Shown: positions 11,515-21,398 of the stretch, piece after piece
How the letters are laid out: every line of letters starts with the position of its first letter
How positions within the stretch are numbered: position 1 is the stretch's first letter
Assembly (NCBI GenBank): GCA_963839135.1
Contig: CAWIUA010000013.1
Span: 27,360 to 91,359 of the forward strand
Length of the DNA stretch: 64,000 nt
Origin: an uncultured Alphaproteobacteria bacterium
GTDB lineage: Bacteria; Pseudomonadota; Alphaproteobacteria; Acetobacterales; Acetobacteraceae
Direction of reading: 5' to 3'
Position numbers and translations under genes: made by a program
Notes under the pieces: model-generated
Told to the model about the DNA's origin: nothing
What the model saw: the letters and a program-made list of their open reading frames with translations, nothing else
Databases searched by the model: none

Positions 11515-12693
11515 ATGGCAGCAGAGGAGCCGATCGGCGTCGCTCACCAGCCATCTTCGGGACGTCGCCAATTCATGAAGGCGGCCGCGATGACCGGCAT
11601 CGCCGGAACGCTCGGCGGACCGGCCCGAAGCAGGCTCGGAATCGCACCAATCACACCAGTCCAGGCACAATCATCGAGCCCGGCCGAGTATCAGATCTTT
11701 GATCTGGGGTCGGTATCGCTCCAATCCGGCGTCGTTTTTCCAAACGTCAAACTCGCTTACAAAACCTACGGCAAGCTCGCAGTCGATAAGTCCAACGTCA
11801 TCATCTATCCCACTGCCTACAGCGGAACCTACAAGGACCTTGAGTGGCAGATCGGGAAGGATAAGATACTCGACCCCAGCCGATACTTCATCATCATGCC
11901 GCACATGCTTGGTAGTGGCCTGTCCTCATCGCCGAGCAACGCTGTGCCGCCTGACGACCGCAACCGCTATCCCCACGTCACGCTCACCGACAACGTGCGC
12001 ATGCAGCACGCGCTCGTAACCGGCGTGTTCGGCATCGACAGGGTCGCTCTTGTCTATGGCTGGTCAATGGGCGGGCAGCAAGCTTACCACTGGGGCGCGC
12101 TCTTTCCCGATATGGTTGACCGGATCTGCGTCGTTTGCGGCTCGGCCCGGACCTCGCAGAACAACCTCGTCTTCCTCGATGGCATCAAGGCCGCGCTTAC
12201 GGCTGATCCTCTCTGGCAGGACGGATGGTTCGCGGCGCCGCCGCTCCGTGGCATGAAGGCCTTCTCCCGTGTCTATGCGGGTTGGTTGCTCAGCCCGGAC
12301 TTCTATCGCGAGGAATACTACAAGAAGCTTGGGTTCAAGACACTGGAGGACTTCCTGACGCAGGTCGGGGACGCCTATTGGCTGCAGCGGGACGCCAACA
12401 ACCTTCTTGCCCAGCTCTGGACCTGGCAGAACGCCGATATCAGCGCAAATGAGCTGTATGGCGGCGACCTCGCGAAGGCATTAAGCGCGATCAAGGCCAA
12501 GGCGCTCATCATGCCCAGCGAGACAGATCGCTACTTCATGGTGGTGGACAACAAGTTGGAGGTCCCGCACATGCAACACGCGGAGCTTCGACCGATCCCG
12601 TCCATTTGGGGCCATCTGGCCGGCAATCCTCAGTTCAATCCGAGCGATGCGGCCTTCCTCGCCAAAGGCGTTCGCGAGTTGCTCGCTTCTTGA
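11515..12693 (+). CDS. alpha/beta hydrolase of the homoserine O-acetyltransferase (MetX-like) family with a twin-arginine signal
   Basis: ATG 11515 after [21 protein letters not shown] is a Tat-type motif, GWSMGG is the nucleophile elbow, and the MetX-like layout is present. Visibly A/T-richer than the flanks. Confidence 0.8.
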   Translation: MAAEEPIGVAHQPSSGRRQFMKAAAMTGIAGTLGGPARSRLGIAPITPVQAQSSSPAEYQIFDLGSVSLQSGVVFPNVKLAYKTYGKLAVDKSNVIIYPTAYSGTYKDLEWQIGKDKILDPSRYFIIMPHMLGSGLSSSPSNAVPPDDRNRYPHVTLTDNVRMQHALVTGVFGIDRVALVYGWSMGGQQAYHWGALFPDMVDRICVVCGSARTSQNNLVFLDGIKAALTADPLWQDGWFAAPPLRGMKAFSRVYAGWLLSPDFYREEYYKKLGFKTLEDFLTQVGDAYWLQRDANNLLAQLWTWQNADISANELYGGDLAKALSAIKAKALIMPSETDRYFMVVDNKLEVPHMQHAELRPIPSIWGHLAGNPQFNPSDAAFLAKGVRELLAS

Positions 12694-12739
12694 ACGGGCG
12701 CAGCGCTGCGCGGGCGCTGAGCAAAGAGACGCAGGATCA

Positions 12740-13834
12740 TCAACCGGCAATCTCCCGACGCAGCGCGAGCAGCCGCCGGGCCGCCGCTTCCGCGCCGAAC
12801 CCTTCCGCGCGACACCGCCCGGCGGCCGCGAGCGCTGCGCGGCGCGTCTCGTCCCTGGCCAGGTCGAGGAAGGCGCGGGCAAGAACGCCGGGTTGGTCCG
12901 GGTCCGCGTAGAGCGCCGCCTGGCCGGCGACCTCGGGCAGCCCACCCCTCGGCGAGCACACCAGCGCAGCGCCGCACGCCATCCCTTCCAGCGCCGCCAG
13001 CCCAAACGGCTCCTCCCACCGGCTCGGCACGGCGACGATGGCGGCTCGCCCCATGGCCTCCAGCACCGCCGAGTAAGGCTGGTAGCCGCGCATGGCGACG
13101 CCCGCCGCCGCCGCCGCGGGCCGGAGCGCGCGCGTGAAACCGGTCTCCGGGCTGTCCGGCGAAAAACGATCAGCGCCCAGGATCTCCGCGCGCCAGCCCG
13201 GCAAGCGCGGCAGCGCCTCGGCGCAGGCTTGCACGAAGCTGTCGGCCCCCTTGTCCCGCACGACCCGGCCCGCGAACAGGATCAGCTTGTCCCGCTCCGC
13301 GCGTGGCGGCGGCGGCAGCTCGATGCAGTTGGGCAGCACGACTGGCTCCCGTCCCACGGGTGGCTCCAAGCCGTCGAGGAGGCGCCGGCGCAGCCACTCG
13401 GACGCTGTGACCACGCGGGCGAGTCGGGCGAGCAGACGCACCCGTTCGCCCGGCGTGCGGGCGTCACGCATTCCTTGCGGGTCGTTGTTGAGCCACAGCA
13501 GGACGGGGATCTTCGGAAAGCGCCGGGCAAGGTGGAGGGCGACCGCCGGGCGATTATGCACCTCGATGAGACGTGGCTCGATTCCGCGCAGGACACGCGC
13601 GACGCCGGACGCGTATCGCGCGATCCCATCGAGGCCCCAGCCGGCCGCCGCGGGGCGGAACTCGACGTCCGCAAAGGGCGCGGCGCGCGTCGGCCGTCCG
13701 ACCACGATGCCATCCGCGCCCGCCCGCACCAGCCGCCGGACGAGCAGCCCGATGGCACCGACACTGCCGTCCGAGAATCCTTCCTTGGGCGGCAGCACGA
13801 TCGCAACGGGCCCTACCACGTGAACAGGACCCAC
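12740..13834 (-). CDS. glycosyltransferase family 4 (GT-B, group 1)
   Basis: C-terminal two thirds of ORF 12740..14659. GT1 motifs (FAGR...KG, PSRWEEPFGLAALEGMACG). GTG starts at 13834 or 13819. Confidence 0.85.
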   Translation of the reverse strand: MGPVHVVGPVAIVLPPKEGFSDGSVGAIGLLVRRLVRAGADGIVVGRPTRAAPFADVEFRPAAAGWGLDGIARYASGVARVLRGIEPRLIEVHNRPAVALHLARRFPKIPVLLWLNNDPQGMRDARTPGERVRLLARLARVVTASEWLRRRLLDGLEPPVGREPVVLPNCIELPPPPRAERDKLILFAGRVVRDKGADSFVQACAEALPRLPGWRAEILGADRFSPDSPETGFTRALRPAAAAAGVAMRGYQPYSAVLEAMGRAAIVAVPSRWEEPFGLAALEGMACGAALVCSPRGGLPEVAGQAALYADPDQPGVLARAFLDLARDETRRAALAAAGRCRAEGFGAEAAARRLLALRREIAG

Positions 13835-14659
13835 CCTCCCCCTGCCTCGGCCAGGATCCCGCCCGGCGCCTCGCGCCCCTCGGCGCCGAGCAGGGCACGC
13901 ACGGCCCGGCCCTGGTCGTCCACTCGGACAACCGCCGCCGCGATGCAGGGCAGTGCGGGCGCGGCAACGCCCGGCAGCACGGATTGCAGCGCGTCCGGAG
14001 GAAGCATGCGCACTACACCGCCGGGGAGCGGCAGCGCGAAGCCGCCTGCGGGATCGGGCACGACTGGTCGGCCTGCGAACCGCGACAGCCGCGCCGCAGG
14101 TCCTGGCCGGGTTCTCGACGACGAGGATCGCCGCCTCGAGCGCCGCCGCATGGTTCGGATGGTCGAAAAAGCGCTCCTGCCACAGCAGCTCCGGCGTATG
14201 ATGCTGGATGAGCTGCACGCGGCCCTCCGGCGCATCGGGGAGCGGCAGCTCGGTGAACTGCGCGCGCGGCCCCTCCGGTTCGGCGTCGCTCACGAGCCGC
14301 TCGCGCCGTGAGACACCCGGCACTTGCATCCCCGCGCCCTGCAGCCGCGCGAGGTTCGCCTCCGCGTCCTCCATGCCTAGCACCAGGATGTGCAGGCCCT
14401 CGTAGCGGTCGAGATAGCGCTCGAGCCCGCCGAGAGGACGGGACGGGTCGGCGACGCCGAGCAGCTCCAAGTAACTGCCGTTGCGCAGCATGGCGCAGCG
14501 ATTGCCCGTTCCGAACGGGGTGATGGGCCAGCCCGGCATCACCGATCCCGCGTGACTCGCCCAAGGCGTCAGCTTGAAGCCGAGCCGCTCGAAGCGCGCG
14601 TGCAGCGCCCACGGATCACGGTTCGCCCAGCCCAGGTGGTCAAGGGATGCCGCGATCAA
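13813..14659 (-). pseudogene. VOC (glyoxalase-like) family protein, one frame change near 14095
   Basis: N-terminal part is in the frame of ORF 12740..14659 (MIAASLDHLGW...AILVVENPART). C-terminal part (AARLSRFAGRPVV...GGWVLFTW*) is in ORF 13813..14235. Confidence 0.7.
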
Positions 14660-15312
14660 GCGATCTGCTCATACTTGTCCAGCCGCCACGCCTCCGGCTC
14701 GCGCGCGGCGGCCTCGTACCACTCGGCAACGAGGAGATGAGCGCGCACTGCCTCAGCGTATGACCGCGCCGCCGGGCCGACCGGCGCGTCGTAGGACAGG
14801 AAGCGGGTGACGACCGGGGCGTACATCGCGTCCGTGAGCGTGAACGCGGCACCGAACAGGTAAGGGCCGCCCGCACCGAACCGGCTCCGCGCGCGCTCCC
14901 AGAGGTGCTCGACGCGGGCGATGTCGGCCTCGACGTCGGGCGTAAGCTGGATCGGACGGCTCTTGCGGCCGAGATTCATGGGCATCGCCATGCGCAAGGC
15001 GCGGAAGCCCGCGTGCATCTCGGCGCTGATCACACGCGCGAAGCTGCGCGCCGCCGCATCGCCCGGCCAGAGGCCAGGCTTGTGCTCCGCGCAATACTCG
15101 GCGATGGCCAGGCTCTCCCAGATCTGGTTTCCCCGATGCTCCAGGTAGGGCACCTGCCGGCTCGGCAGCGTGAGCACGGCCGGCGTGTTCCCGCCAGCCA
15201 GCGGGAGCACGACCTCCTCCACGTCTAGCCCGGCGAGCCGGGCGGCGAGCCAGCCGCGCAGCGACCAGGACGAGTAGCGGCGGGTGCCGATGAAGAGCCG
15301 GCCGTCGGACAT
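14656..15312 (-). CDS. glutathione S-transferase
   Basis: 218 aa with GST N- and C-terminal domain pattern. GGAGG precedes the ATG. Confidence 0.88.
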   Translation of the reverse strand: MSDGRLFIGTRRYSSWSLRGWLAARLAGLDVEEVVLPLAGGNTPAVLTLPSRQVPYLEHRGNQIWESLAIAEYCAEHKPGLWPGDAAARSFARVISAEMHAGFRALRMAMPMNLGRKSRPIQLTPDVEADIARVEHLWERARSRFGAGGPYLFGAAFTLTDAMYAPVVTRFLSYDAPVGPAARSYAEAVRAHLLVAEWYEAAAREPEAWRLDKYEQIA

Positions 15313-15386
15313 CAGGACCTCCGCGTTGCGCGCGGACCTTGCCGCGGCCCGGCGCGGGGAGCAATGCTTGCGCGAGAGGTGAAGCC

Positions 15387-16721
15387 ATGAACGAGATGAC
15401 GACCCCGCCCCGCCCCAACAACCTCGACGCCTTCTGGATGCCGTTCACGGCTAACCGCGCCTTCAAGGCAACCCCACGCCTGCTCGCGCGTGCCGAGGGC
15501 GCCTTCTACTACACCGACGACGATCGCGACGTGCTGGACGGCACCGCGGGCCTGTGGTGCAGCAACGCCGGGCACGGCCGGCGCGAGATCATCGAGGCGA
15601 TCCAGCGCCAGGCGGCCGTGATGGACTTCGCGCCAACCTTCCAGCTCGGCCACCCCATCGCCTTCCAAGCGGCAGCCCGGCTCGCCGAGATCCTGCCCGA
15701 GGGCATCGACCGCGTATTCTGGACCAACTCCGGCTCGGAGAGCGCGGACACAGCGCTGAAGATCGCGCTCGCCTACCATCGCGCCCGCGGTGACGCCGGG
15801 CGCGTACGGCTGATCGGGCGCGAGCGCGGCTACCACGGCGTCGGCTTCGGCGGCATGTCGGTCGGCGGCATCGGCAACAACCGCAAGCAGTTCGGCGCAC
15901 TCCTGCCCTCCGTGGACCACTTGCCTCACACGCACAGCCTCGAGCACAACGCCTTCTCGCGCGGCCAGCCCGAGTGGGGCGCGCATCTTGCCGATGCCTT
16001 GGAGAGCCTGGTTGCGCTGCACGGGGCGGAGACGATCGCCGCAGTGATGGTGGAGCCGGTCGCGGGCAGCACGGGAGTGCTCGTGCCGCCGAAGGGCTAC
16101 CTGGAGCGGCTGCGCGCGCTCTGCGACAAGCACGGCATCCTGCTGATCTTCGACGAGGTCATCACCGGCTTCGGGCGCCTGGGCACCAATTTCGGTGCCG
16201 AGCGGCTGGGGGTGGTCCCAGACATCATGACGATGGCCAAGGGCCTGACCAACGCCGCCGTGCCGATGGGCGCGGTCGCTACGCGCGACTCGATCTACCG
16301 CGCCATCGTTGATGAAGCGCCTGCCGGCATCGAGCTGTTCCACGGTTACACCTACAGCGGCCATCCGCTCGCCTGCGCCGCGGCGATCGCGACGTTTGAC
16401 CTGCACCGGGCGGAGGACCTGCCGGGCCGTGCCGCGGCGCTGGAGCCTTACTGGCAGGACGCGATGCATTCCCTGCACGGTGCGCCCGGCGTGCTCGACA
16501 TCCGCGACCTGGGATTGATCTCCGGGATCGAGCTGGAGCCGACACCCGGCAAGCCGACGGACCGCGCCGGGCGCGTGTTCCGCCGCTGCTTCGACGACGG
16601 GCTGCTCGTCCGCGTGACGGGCGACATCGTGGCCCTCTCGCCGCCGCTCATCTTCGAGAAGGGCCACGTGGACCGGACCGTGGAGACCTTGGGCGCGGCG
16701 ATCCGCGCGGAGGCGGCGTAG
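15387..16721 (+). CDS. class III aminotransferase (omega-amino acid / beta-alanine--pyruvate type)
   Basis: ATG 15387 after GAGAGG. AGLWCSNAGHGR, DEVITGFGRLG and MAKGLTN (PLP lysine) motifs. Confidence 0.9.
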   Translation: MNEMTTPPRPNNLDAFWMPFTANRAFKATPRLLARAEGAFYYTDDDRDVLDGTAGLWCSNAGHGRREIIEAIQRQAAVMDFAPTFQLGHPIAFQAAARLAEILPEGIDRVFWTNSGSESADTALKIALAYHRARGDAGRVRLIGRERGYHGVGFGGMSVGGIGNNRKQFGALLPSVDHLPHTHSLEHNAFSRGQPEWGAHLADALESLVALHGAETIAAVMVEPVAGSTGVLVPPKGYLERLRALCDKHGILLIFDEVITGFGRLGTNFGAERLGVVPDIMTMAKGLTNAAVPMGAVATRDSIYRAIVDEAPAGIELFHGYTYSGHPLACAAAIATFDLHRAEDLPGRAAALEPYWQDAMHSLHGAPGVLDIRDLGLISGIELEPTPGKPTDRAGRVFRRCFDDGLLVRVTGDIVALSPPLIFEKGHVDRTVETLGAAIRAEAA

Positions 16722-16759
16722 ATCGATGCGGCGCGGACACCGCAGGCTGATCTACCGCT

Positions 16760-17275
16760 CTATTCGTCCGGCACCTCTCGCTCCACCTCGCGCGCGAGCT
16801 CCCCGACGGCCGTGACTTCGCCCAACTCACGCGCCTCGGCGTCCACCACGTCGGCCTCCATGCCCATGTGGGCCGCCATCTTCTCGATCATTTGGATGAC
16901 CTTCGTGACCTCCTTCTCGGTCAGCAGGTTTATCTGCAGGTCGAGATGGCCTCGCCGGTCGGCGGACAAGGTCATGCGGTTCTGCTTGATGAGCACGAAG
17001 GTGCTGAGCAGCACCCCCTCCAGCGAGACGATCATGCACAGGAGCTGGTAGGGATAAGGATCAAACCGGGGCACGCCGGGAACCAGCCCGGCGTTGACCA
17101 CGACCCAGGCGAGAAACCAGATCAGGTGCATCAGCACGAAGCCGACCGTGCCGGCGAAGGTGCCGATCGCGTCGGCGGTCCGGTCCTTGAGGCTGCGCCT
17201 GCTGCGCACTTCCTCCTCGACCTGGATAACGGTGCGGATATTCTCCGTCACCGTCCGCGGCGCGTGGCTCGACAT
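16760..17275 (-). CDS. DUF1003 family membrane protein
   Basis: ATG 17275. Two TM helices plus FDPYPYQLL...LIKQNR motif. Confidence 0.8.
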   Translation of the reverse strand: MSSHAPRTVTENIRTVIQVEEEVRSRRSLKDRTADAIGTFAGTVGFVLMHLIWFLAWVVVNAGLVPGVPRFDPYPYQLLCMIVSLEGVLLSTFVLIKQNRMTLSADRRGHLDLQINLLTEKEVTKVIQMIEKMAAHMGMEADVVDAEARELGEVTAVGELAREVEREVPDE

Positions 17276-17279
17276 AGGC

Positions 17280-18108
17280 TCAGGCCGTGAACAGCTCGGC
17301 GGGCGACGGCGCCTGCCGGGTGTAGCCCATGGCGCAGTATGCGCCGCCCTGATAGCGCTCAGCGACCGGGTCCCCGTGCTTGCCTTCGAGCTGGCCCGTC
17401 CATCCGTCCGCGCTGTCCTGCGGCGCCCAGCCGAGGCGCTCGCGGTGATCCTGCGCGCCACCACGTCATGCGCGCGTTATGCGATGCGCCCCACACAACG
17501 CAGTGACCCGTCTGCGGCGCAAGCGTCGCCGCAGCCGCGAGTCGGACTAGGTCAGCGTAAGAGAGCCAGGTCGAGAGCATCCGCGCATCCGTCGGCTCAG
17601 GGAAGCAGGAGCCGATCCGGAGGTTCACGTTCTCGACGCCGTGCTTGTCCCAGTAGAGGCGCCCAAGCAGCTCCGTGTAGCACTTGGAAAGGCCATAGAA
17701 CCCGTCCGGCCGGAAGGCGCACCCGGCGTCGAGCACCTGGTCGCGTTCCCAGAAGCCGATGCTGTGATTGCTGCTCGCGAACACCACGCGCGCCGCATTC
17801 GCACGCGCCGCCTCATAGACGTGATAGGCGCCTTGGATGTTGGAGCCCAGCACGACCTCGAAGGGCTGCTCGGTGCTCGCACCGCCGAAGTGCAGGACCG
17901 TGCCGCAGCCCTCAGCCAGGCGCAGCAGCGCCGGGCCGTCCTCCAGCGCCGCCGCCTCGAACGTGCAGCGATCCGGCAGCGGGTCTGGGAACGGGGCGCG
18001 GTCGGTCAGGCGCATCGCCCACCCCTCGCCCGCGAGCTGGCGGACGATCTGGCGGCCGAGCGCGCCCGAGGCGCCGGTGAGCAGGACGGGGCGGCTGGGT
18101 GCGGGCAT
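17280..18108 (-). pseudogene. NAD-dependent epimerase/dehydratase (uronate-dehydrogenase-like), frame change near 17455
   Basis: GGAGG + ATG 18108, LLTGASGALG Rossmann motif, YGLSK. The conserved C-terminus (QDHRERLGWAPQDSADGW...YQGGAYCAMGY...*) continues in another frame to TGA 17280-17282. Confidence 0.75.
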
Positions 18109-18211
18109 GATCCACCTCCATTGGCGAGCGTGACGTAGGCGGCGCTTCAGCCGCGGACACAGCTTCGCGCGGGCTTGCCGTCCGGACAACGGGGAGGCAC
18201 GCTCGCCGCCG

Positions 18212-19552
18212 ATGCAGTCCATCCCCGACGCCGTCGCCGCCCTCGAAGCCGGCCGGACCACGGCCCGCGCCTTGGTCGAGGACTGCCTCGCCTGCATCGC
18301 CGACCCGGCGGGCGAGGGCGCGCGCGCCTTCGTCGCGGTCTATGCCGACCAGGCGCGGGCGGGGGCGGACGCGATGGACCTGCTGCGCCGGGCGGGGCGC
18401 CTGCCCTCGCCGTTGGCTGGCGTCCCGATCAGCCTCAAGGCGCTCTTCGACGTAGCCGGCGAGCCTACGCACGCGGGCAGCCGGGCGCTGTACGACGCGC
18501 CGCCCGCGCAGGAGCACGCCGCCGCCGTCGCCCGTCTGCTCGGCGCCGGCATGGTGCCCGTGGGCCGGACGAGCATGACCGAGTTCGCGTTCTCGGGTCT
18601 CGGCATCAACCCCCATTTCGGCACGCCGCGCGCGCCGTGGAACCGCGAGACTGGGCGCATCCCCGGCGGCAGCTCCTCCGGCGCCGCGGTCTCGGTCGCG
18701 GACGGGATGGCGCTGATGGGCCTGGGCACGGACACGGGCGGCTCGTGCCGCATCCCGGCGGCCTTCTGCGGCGTCGTCGGCTACAAGCCGACCGCCCGGC
18801 GCGTGCCGCTCGCCGGCGCCGTGCCGCTCTCGCCGTCGCTCGACTCCATCGGCCCGCTCGCCGCCGACGTGGCCTCCTGCGCGCTCGTGGATGCCGTGCT
18901 CGCGGGCGAGGCGCCGTGCCTGCCGGAGCCGTTCCCGCTCGCGGCGCTGCGTCTCGCCGTGCCGGACGGCGTGCTGATGGAGGGCATGGATGCGACGGTT
19001 ACCACGGCCTTCGAGCGGGCGCTGAGGCGGCTCGGGCAGGCGGGGGCGCACATCGCGCATGTCCGGTTTCCGCAGTTCGCCGAGATCGCGGAAGCGAACC
19101 GCCTGGGCGGCTTTGCGGCGGCGGAAGCCCACGCCTGGCACCGGGCGCTGCTCGACCGGCGCTGGGACGACTACGATCCGCGCATCCGCAAGCGCATCGC
19201 GGTGGGCGCGGACATGAGTGCCACGGACCTGCTCGACCTGCTCGCCGCCCGGCCGCGCATCCAGGGGAGCATGAACCGGGCGACGCGTCCCTTCGACGCG
19301 CTCGTGCTGCCGGCCGTCCCGATCGTGCCGCCAAGGCTCGCGGAGCTGGAAAACGAGGCCGAGTATGGCCGGGTCAACGCGCTCGTGCTGCGCAACACGT
19401 CGCCGGCGAACTTCCTCGACCGCTGCGCGATCAGCCTGCCCATGCACCAAGCCGGCGAGCCGCCGGCCGGGCTGATGCTCATGGGCGAGACGGGCGGGGA
19501 CGCGACGCTGCTCGGCATCGCGGCGGCGGTGGAGGAGGTTCTGCGAGCATAG
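18212..19552 (+). CDS. amidase (amidase-signature family)
   Basis: 446 aa with GGSSSGAA and GTDTGGS(C)RIPA signature. Confidence 0.9.
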   Translation: MQSIPDAVAALEAGRTTARALVEDCLACIADPAGEGARAFVAVYADQARAGADAMDLLRRAGRLPSPLAGVPISLKALFDVAGEPTHAGSRALYDAPPAQEHAAAVARLLGAGMVPVGRTSMTEFAFSGLGINPHFGTPRAPWNRETGRIPGGSSSGAAVSVADGMALMGLGTDTGGSCRIPAAFCGVVGYKPTARRVPLAGAVPLSPSLDSIGPLAADVASCALVDAVLAGEAPCLPEPFPLAALRLAVPDGVLMEGMDATVTTAFERALRRLGQAGAHIAHVRFPQFAEIAEANRLGGFAAAEAHAWHRALLDRRWDDYDPRIRKRIAVGADMSATDLLDLLAARPRIQGSMNRATRPFDALVLPAVPIVPPRLAELENEAEYGRVNALVLRNTSPANFLDRCAISLPMHQAGEPPAGLMLMGETGGDATLLGIAAAVEEVLRA

Positions 19553-19617
19553 CGGCAATGCACTGTGGATCGCTGGCGCCCGGTAGGGCATCGTGATCGC
19601 ACGCATAGGAGGGCGAG

Positions 19618-20133
19618 ATGGATCGCGACGCCTGGGAGGAGAGCCGCGGTCTTCGGGCCTCGACGAGCGCGTTCGTGAGCGTGGAGCACATCGCCTACAT
19701 CGCGCTCGGCGCCCTTCTCGCGGTGACCGCGATCATCGCCCTCGCCAGCGCCGCGACCGCGCTCTGGGACGGCATCCGCGACCTGAGCGCGGACACGATC
19801 TTCATCACCATAGACCGGTTGCTGCTCGTCCTCATGTTGGTCGAGATCCTGCACACCGTCCGCGTTTCCATGCGTTCCGGCGGACTGACCTGCGAGCCGT
19901 TCCTGATCGTCGGCCTCATCGCCTCGATCCGCCGGGTTCTCGTGATCACGCTGGAGTCGTCGCAAGCGACGCAGAGCGGCACGTCTTGGTCCGCGGAGAG
20001 GGAAGCGATGTTCCGTGCCTCGATGATCGAGCTCGGGGTGCTGGCCGTCCTCATTGTGGTCATGGTGGTCTCGATCTACCTGCTGCAGCGCGTCGGCTCG
20101 CCGTCGTCGGACGAGCTGCCCGCCAAGCGCTGA
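19618..20133 (+). CDS. PsiE-family (phosphate-starvation-inducible E-like) membrane protein
   Basis: AGGAGG + ATG. 171 aa, 4 TM helices, LVEILHTV motif. Confidence 0.78.
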   Translation: MDRDAWEESRGLRASTSAFVSVEHIAYIALGALLAVTAIIALASAATALWDGIRDLSADTIFITIDRLLLVLMLVEILHTVRVSMRSGGLTCEPFLIVGLIASIRRVLVITLESSQATQSGTSWSAEREAMFRASMIELGVLAVLIVVMVVSIYLLQRVGSPSSDELPAKR

Positions 20134-20150
20134 TCCGCAGCCGTGTCCTA

Positions 20151-20198
20151 GTGGCCTGATCGCCGCAGCCGGTTCCCGGCTGCGGCGAATCAGGCCAC
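20151..20198. terminator. long GC hairpin (about 21-bp stem) between convergent genes
   Basis: GTGGCCTGATCGCCGCAGCCGG-TTCC-CGGCTGCGGCGAATCAGGCCAC, read directly. No U-tract. Confidence 0.5.
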
Positions 20199-20207
20199 CA
20201 GAGACTC

Positions 20208-20267
20208 GCTAGTGGTGCGATCACGGCGCAGATGACTTCCGCCATCTGCGCCGATCGCACCACTAGC
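20208..20267. terminator. second long hairpin (about 24-bp stem) overlapping the stop codon of the minus-strand gene
   Basis: GCTAGTGGTGCGATCACGGCGCAGATG-loop-CATCTGCGCCGATCGCACCACTAGC. Confidence 0.5.
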
Positions 20268-21252
20268 CGCCGATCCGTCCGCCCAGCTCATCCTCCACGT
20301 GCACCTGGATGATCTCGTCGAAGCTCGCCTCCGCCCGGAAGCCCAGATCCAGCGCGCGCCGCGGATCGAACCGCTCCGGCCAGCCCGCCACGATGCGCTC
20401 GACCACTGGGTCCGGCTCGCGTCGGATCAGGCGCACCGTCTTCTCCCCCGCCGCCCGGCGCAGCGCCTCGATCTGCTCGCCCACGGTCGCCGCCAGGCCC
20501 GGCATCGTCAGGTTGCGCCTGGTGCCCAGCAGCGAAGTGTCCAGTTCGGCGGCGTGCAGCAGGAAGCCGACCGCGGCGCGCGGGCTTGCGTGCCAGTGCC
20601 GCACCGTCTCCGCCACGGGCAGCACGGCCTCTCGCCCCGCCAGCGGCTCGCGCAGGATGCCTGAGAAGAAACCGCTCGCCGCTTTGTTGGGCTTGCCGGG
20701 CCGGATGCAAATCGTCGGCAGGCGGATGCCGATGCCGTCGAAGAAGCCGCGGCGCGAGTAGTCCGAGAGAAGCAGCTCGCCGATCGCCTTCTGCGTGCCG
20801 TAGCTGGTCAAGGGCGCCCGGATGAACTCGTCGCCGATTGCCTCTGGGAATGGCGCGCCGAACACGGCGATGGACGAGGTGAACACAAGCCGCGGCGCAT
20901 AGGGTTCGCGCTGCCCTTCGCGGCGGATCGCCTCGAACAGCAGGCGCGTGCCGTCGAGGTTGATTCGGTAGCCCTTCTCGAAATCGGATTCCGCCTCTCC
21001 AGAGACGATAGCGGCCAGATGGTAGATCAGCCCAGGCCGCCCGGCGATCAAACGCTCCGCCTCGCCTGACTGGGAGAGATCGCCAGCGAGCGCCGTGACC
21101 GGGCACGTGCAGTCGGGCGGCACCTCGGGCTCGACCACGTCGAAGAGCGTGAGCTCGGAGATGCTCTGCCCGGCGATGGCGCAGCCTTGCATGAGGCGCT
21201 CGACAAGCTTGCGGCCGACCATGCCGGCAGCACCGATGATCAGGACGTGCAT
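20263..21252 (-). CDS. NAD-dependent epimerase/dehydratase family oxidoreductase (possibly D-erythronate dehydrogenase-like)
   Basis: GGGAGGG + ATG 21252. MHVLIIGAAGMVGRKL Rossmann N-terminus, YGTQK catalytic motif. The DenD-like assignment comes from memory of N-terminal similarity only. Confidence 0.78.
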   Translation of the reverse strand: MHVLIIGAAGMVGRKLVERLMQGCAIAGQSISELTLFDVVEPEVPPDCTCPVTALAGDLSQSGEAERLIAGRPGLIYHLAAIVSGEAESDFEKGYRINLDGTRLLFEAIRREGQREPYAPRLVFTSSIAVFGAPFPEAIGDEFIRAPLTSYGTQKAIGELLLSDYSRRGFFDGIGIRLPTICIRPGKPNKAASGFFSGILREPLAGREAVLPVAETVRHWHASPRAAVGFLLHAAELDTSLLGTRRNLTMPGLAATVGEQIEALRRAAGEKTVRLIRREPDPVVERIVAGWPERFDPRRALDLGFRAEASFDEIIQVHVEDELGGRIGG

Positions 21253-21398
21253 TGCGCTGTTCCCTCCCGCTTGCTCCACGCCGGTCTCACCTGCCCTCGC
21301 CTCCAGGTCAACCCGAGCGCGCACCGGCGCTTGCACACTCCGCCGAGTAGAACATCTTATGGGGTGACTGCACCGCATATCTCAGGACGGCGAGAACG

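Noticed and set aside
15312-16667. 451-aa ORF antisense to the aminotransferase. Similar long ORFs occur at 17912..19606(-), 41548..42822(-), 30171..32702(-, outside the xthA part), 1156..2430(+), 12647..14311(+), 39300..41084(+) and 55667..56995(+).
   Set aside because: These are Arg/Pro/Gly/Ala-rich low-complexity translations lying opposite or out of frame to genes with clear family motifs. They are typical shadow ORFs of high-GC DNA.
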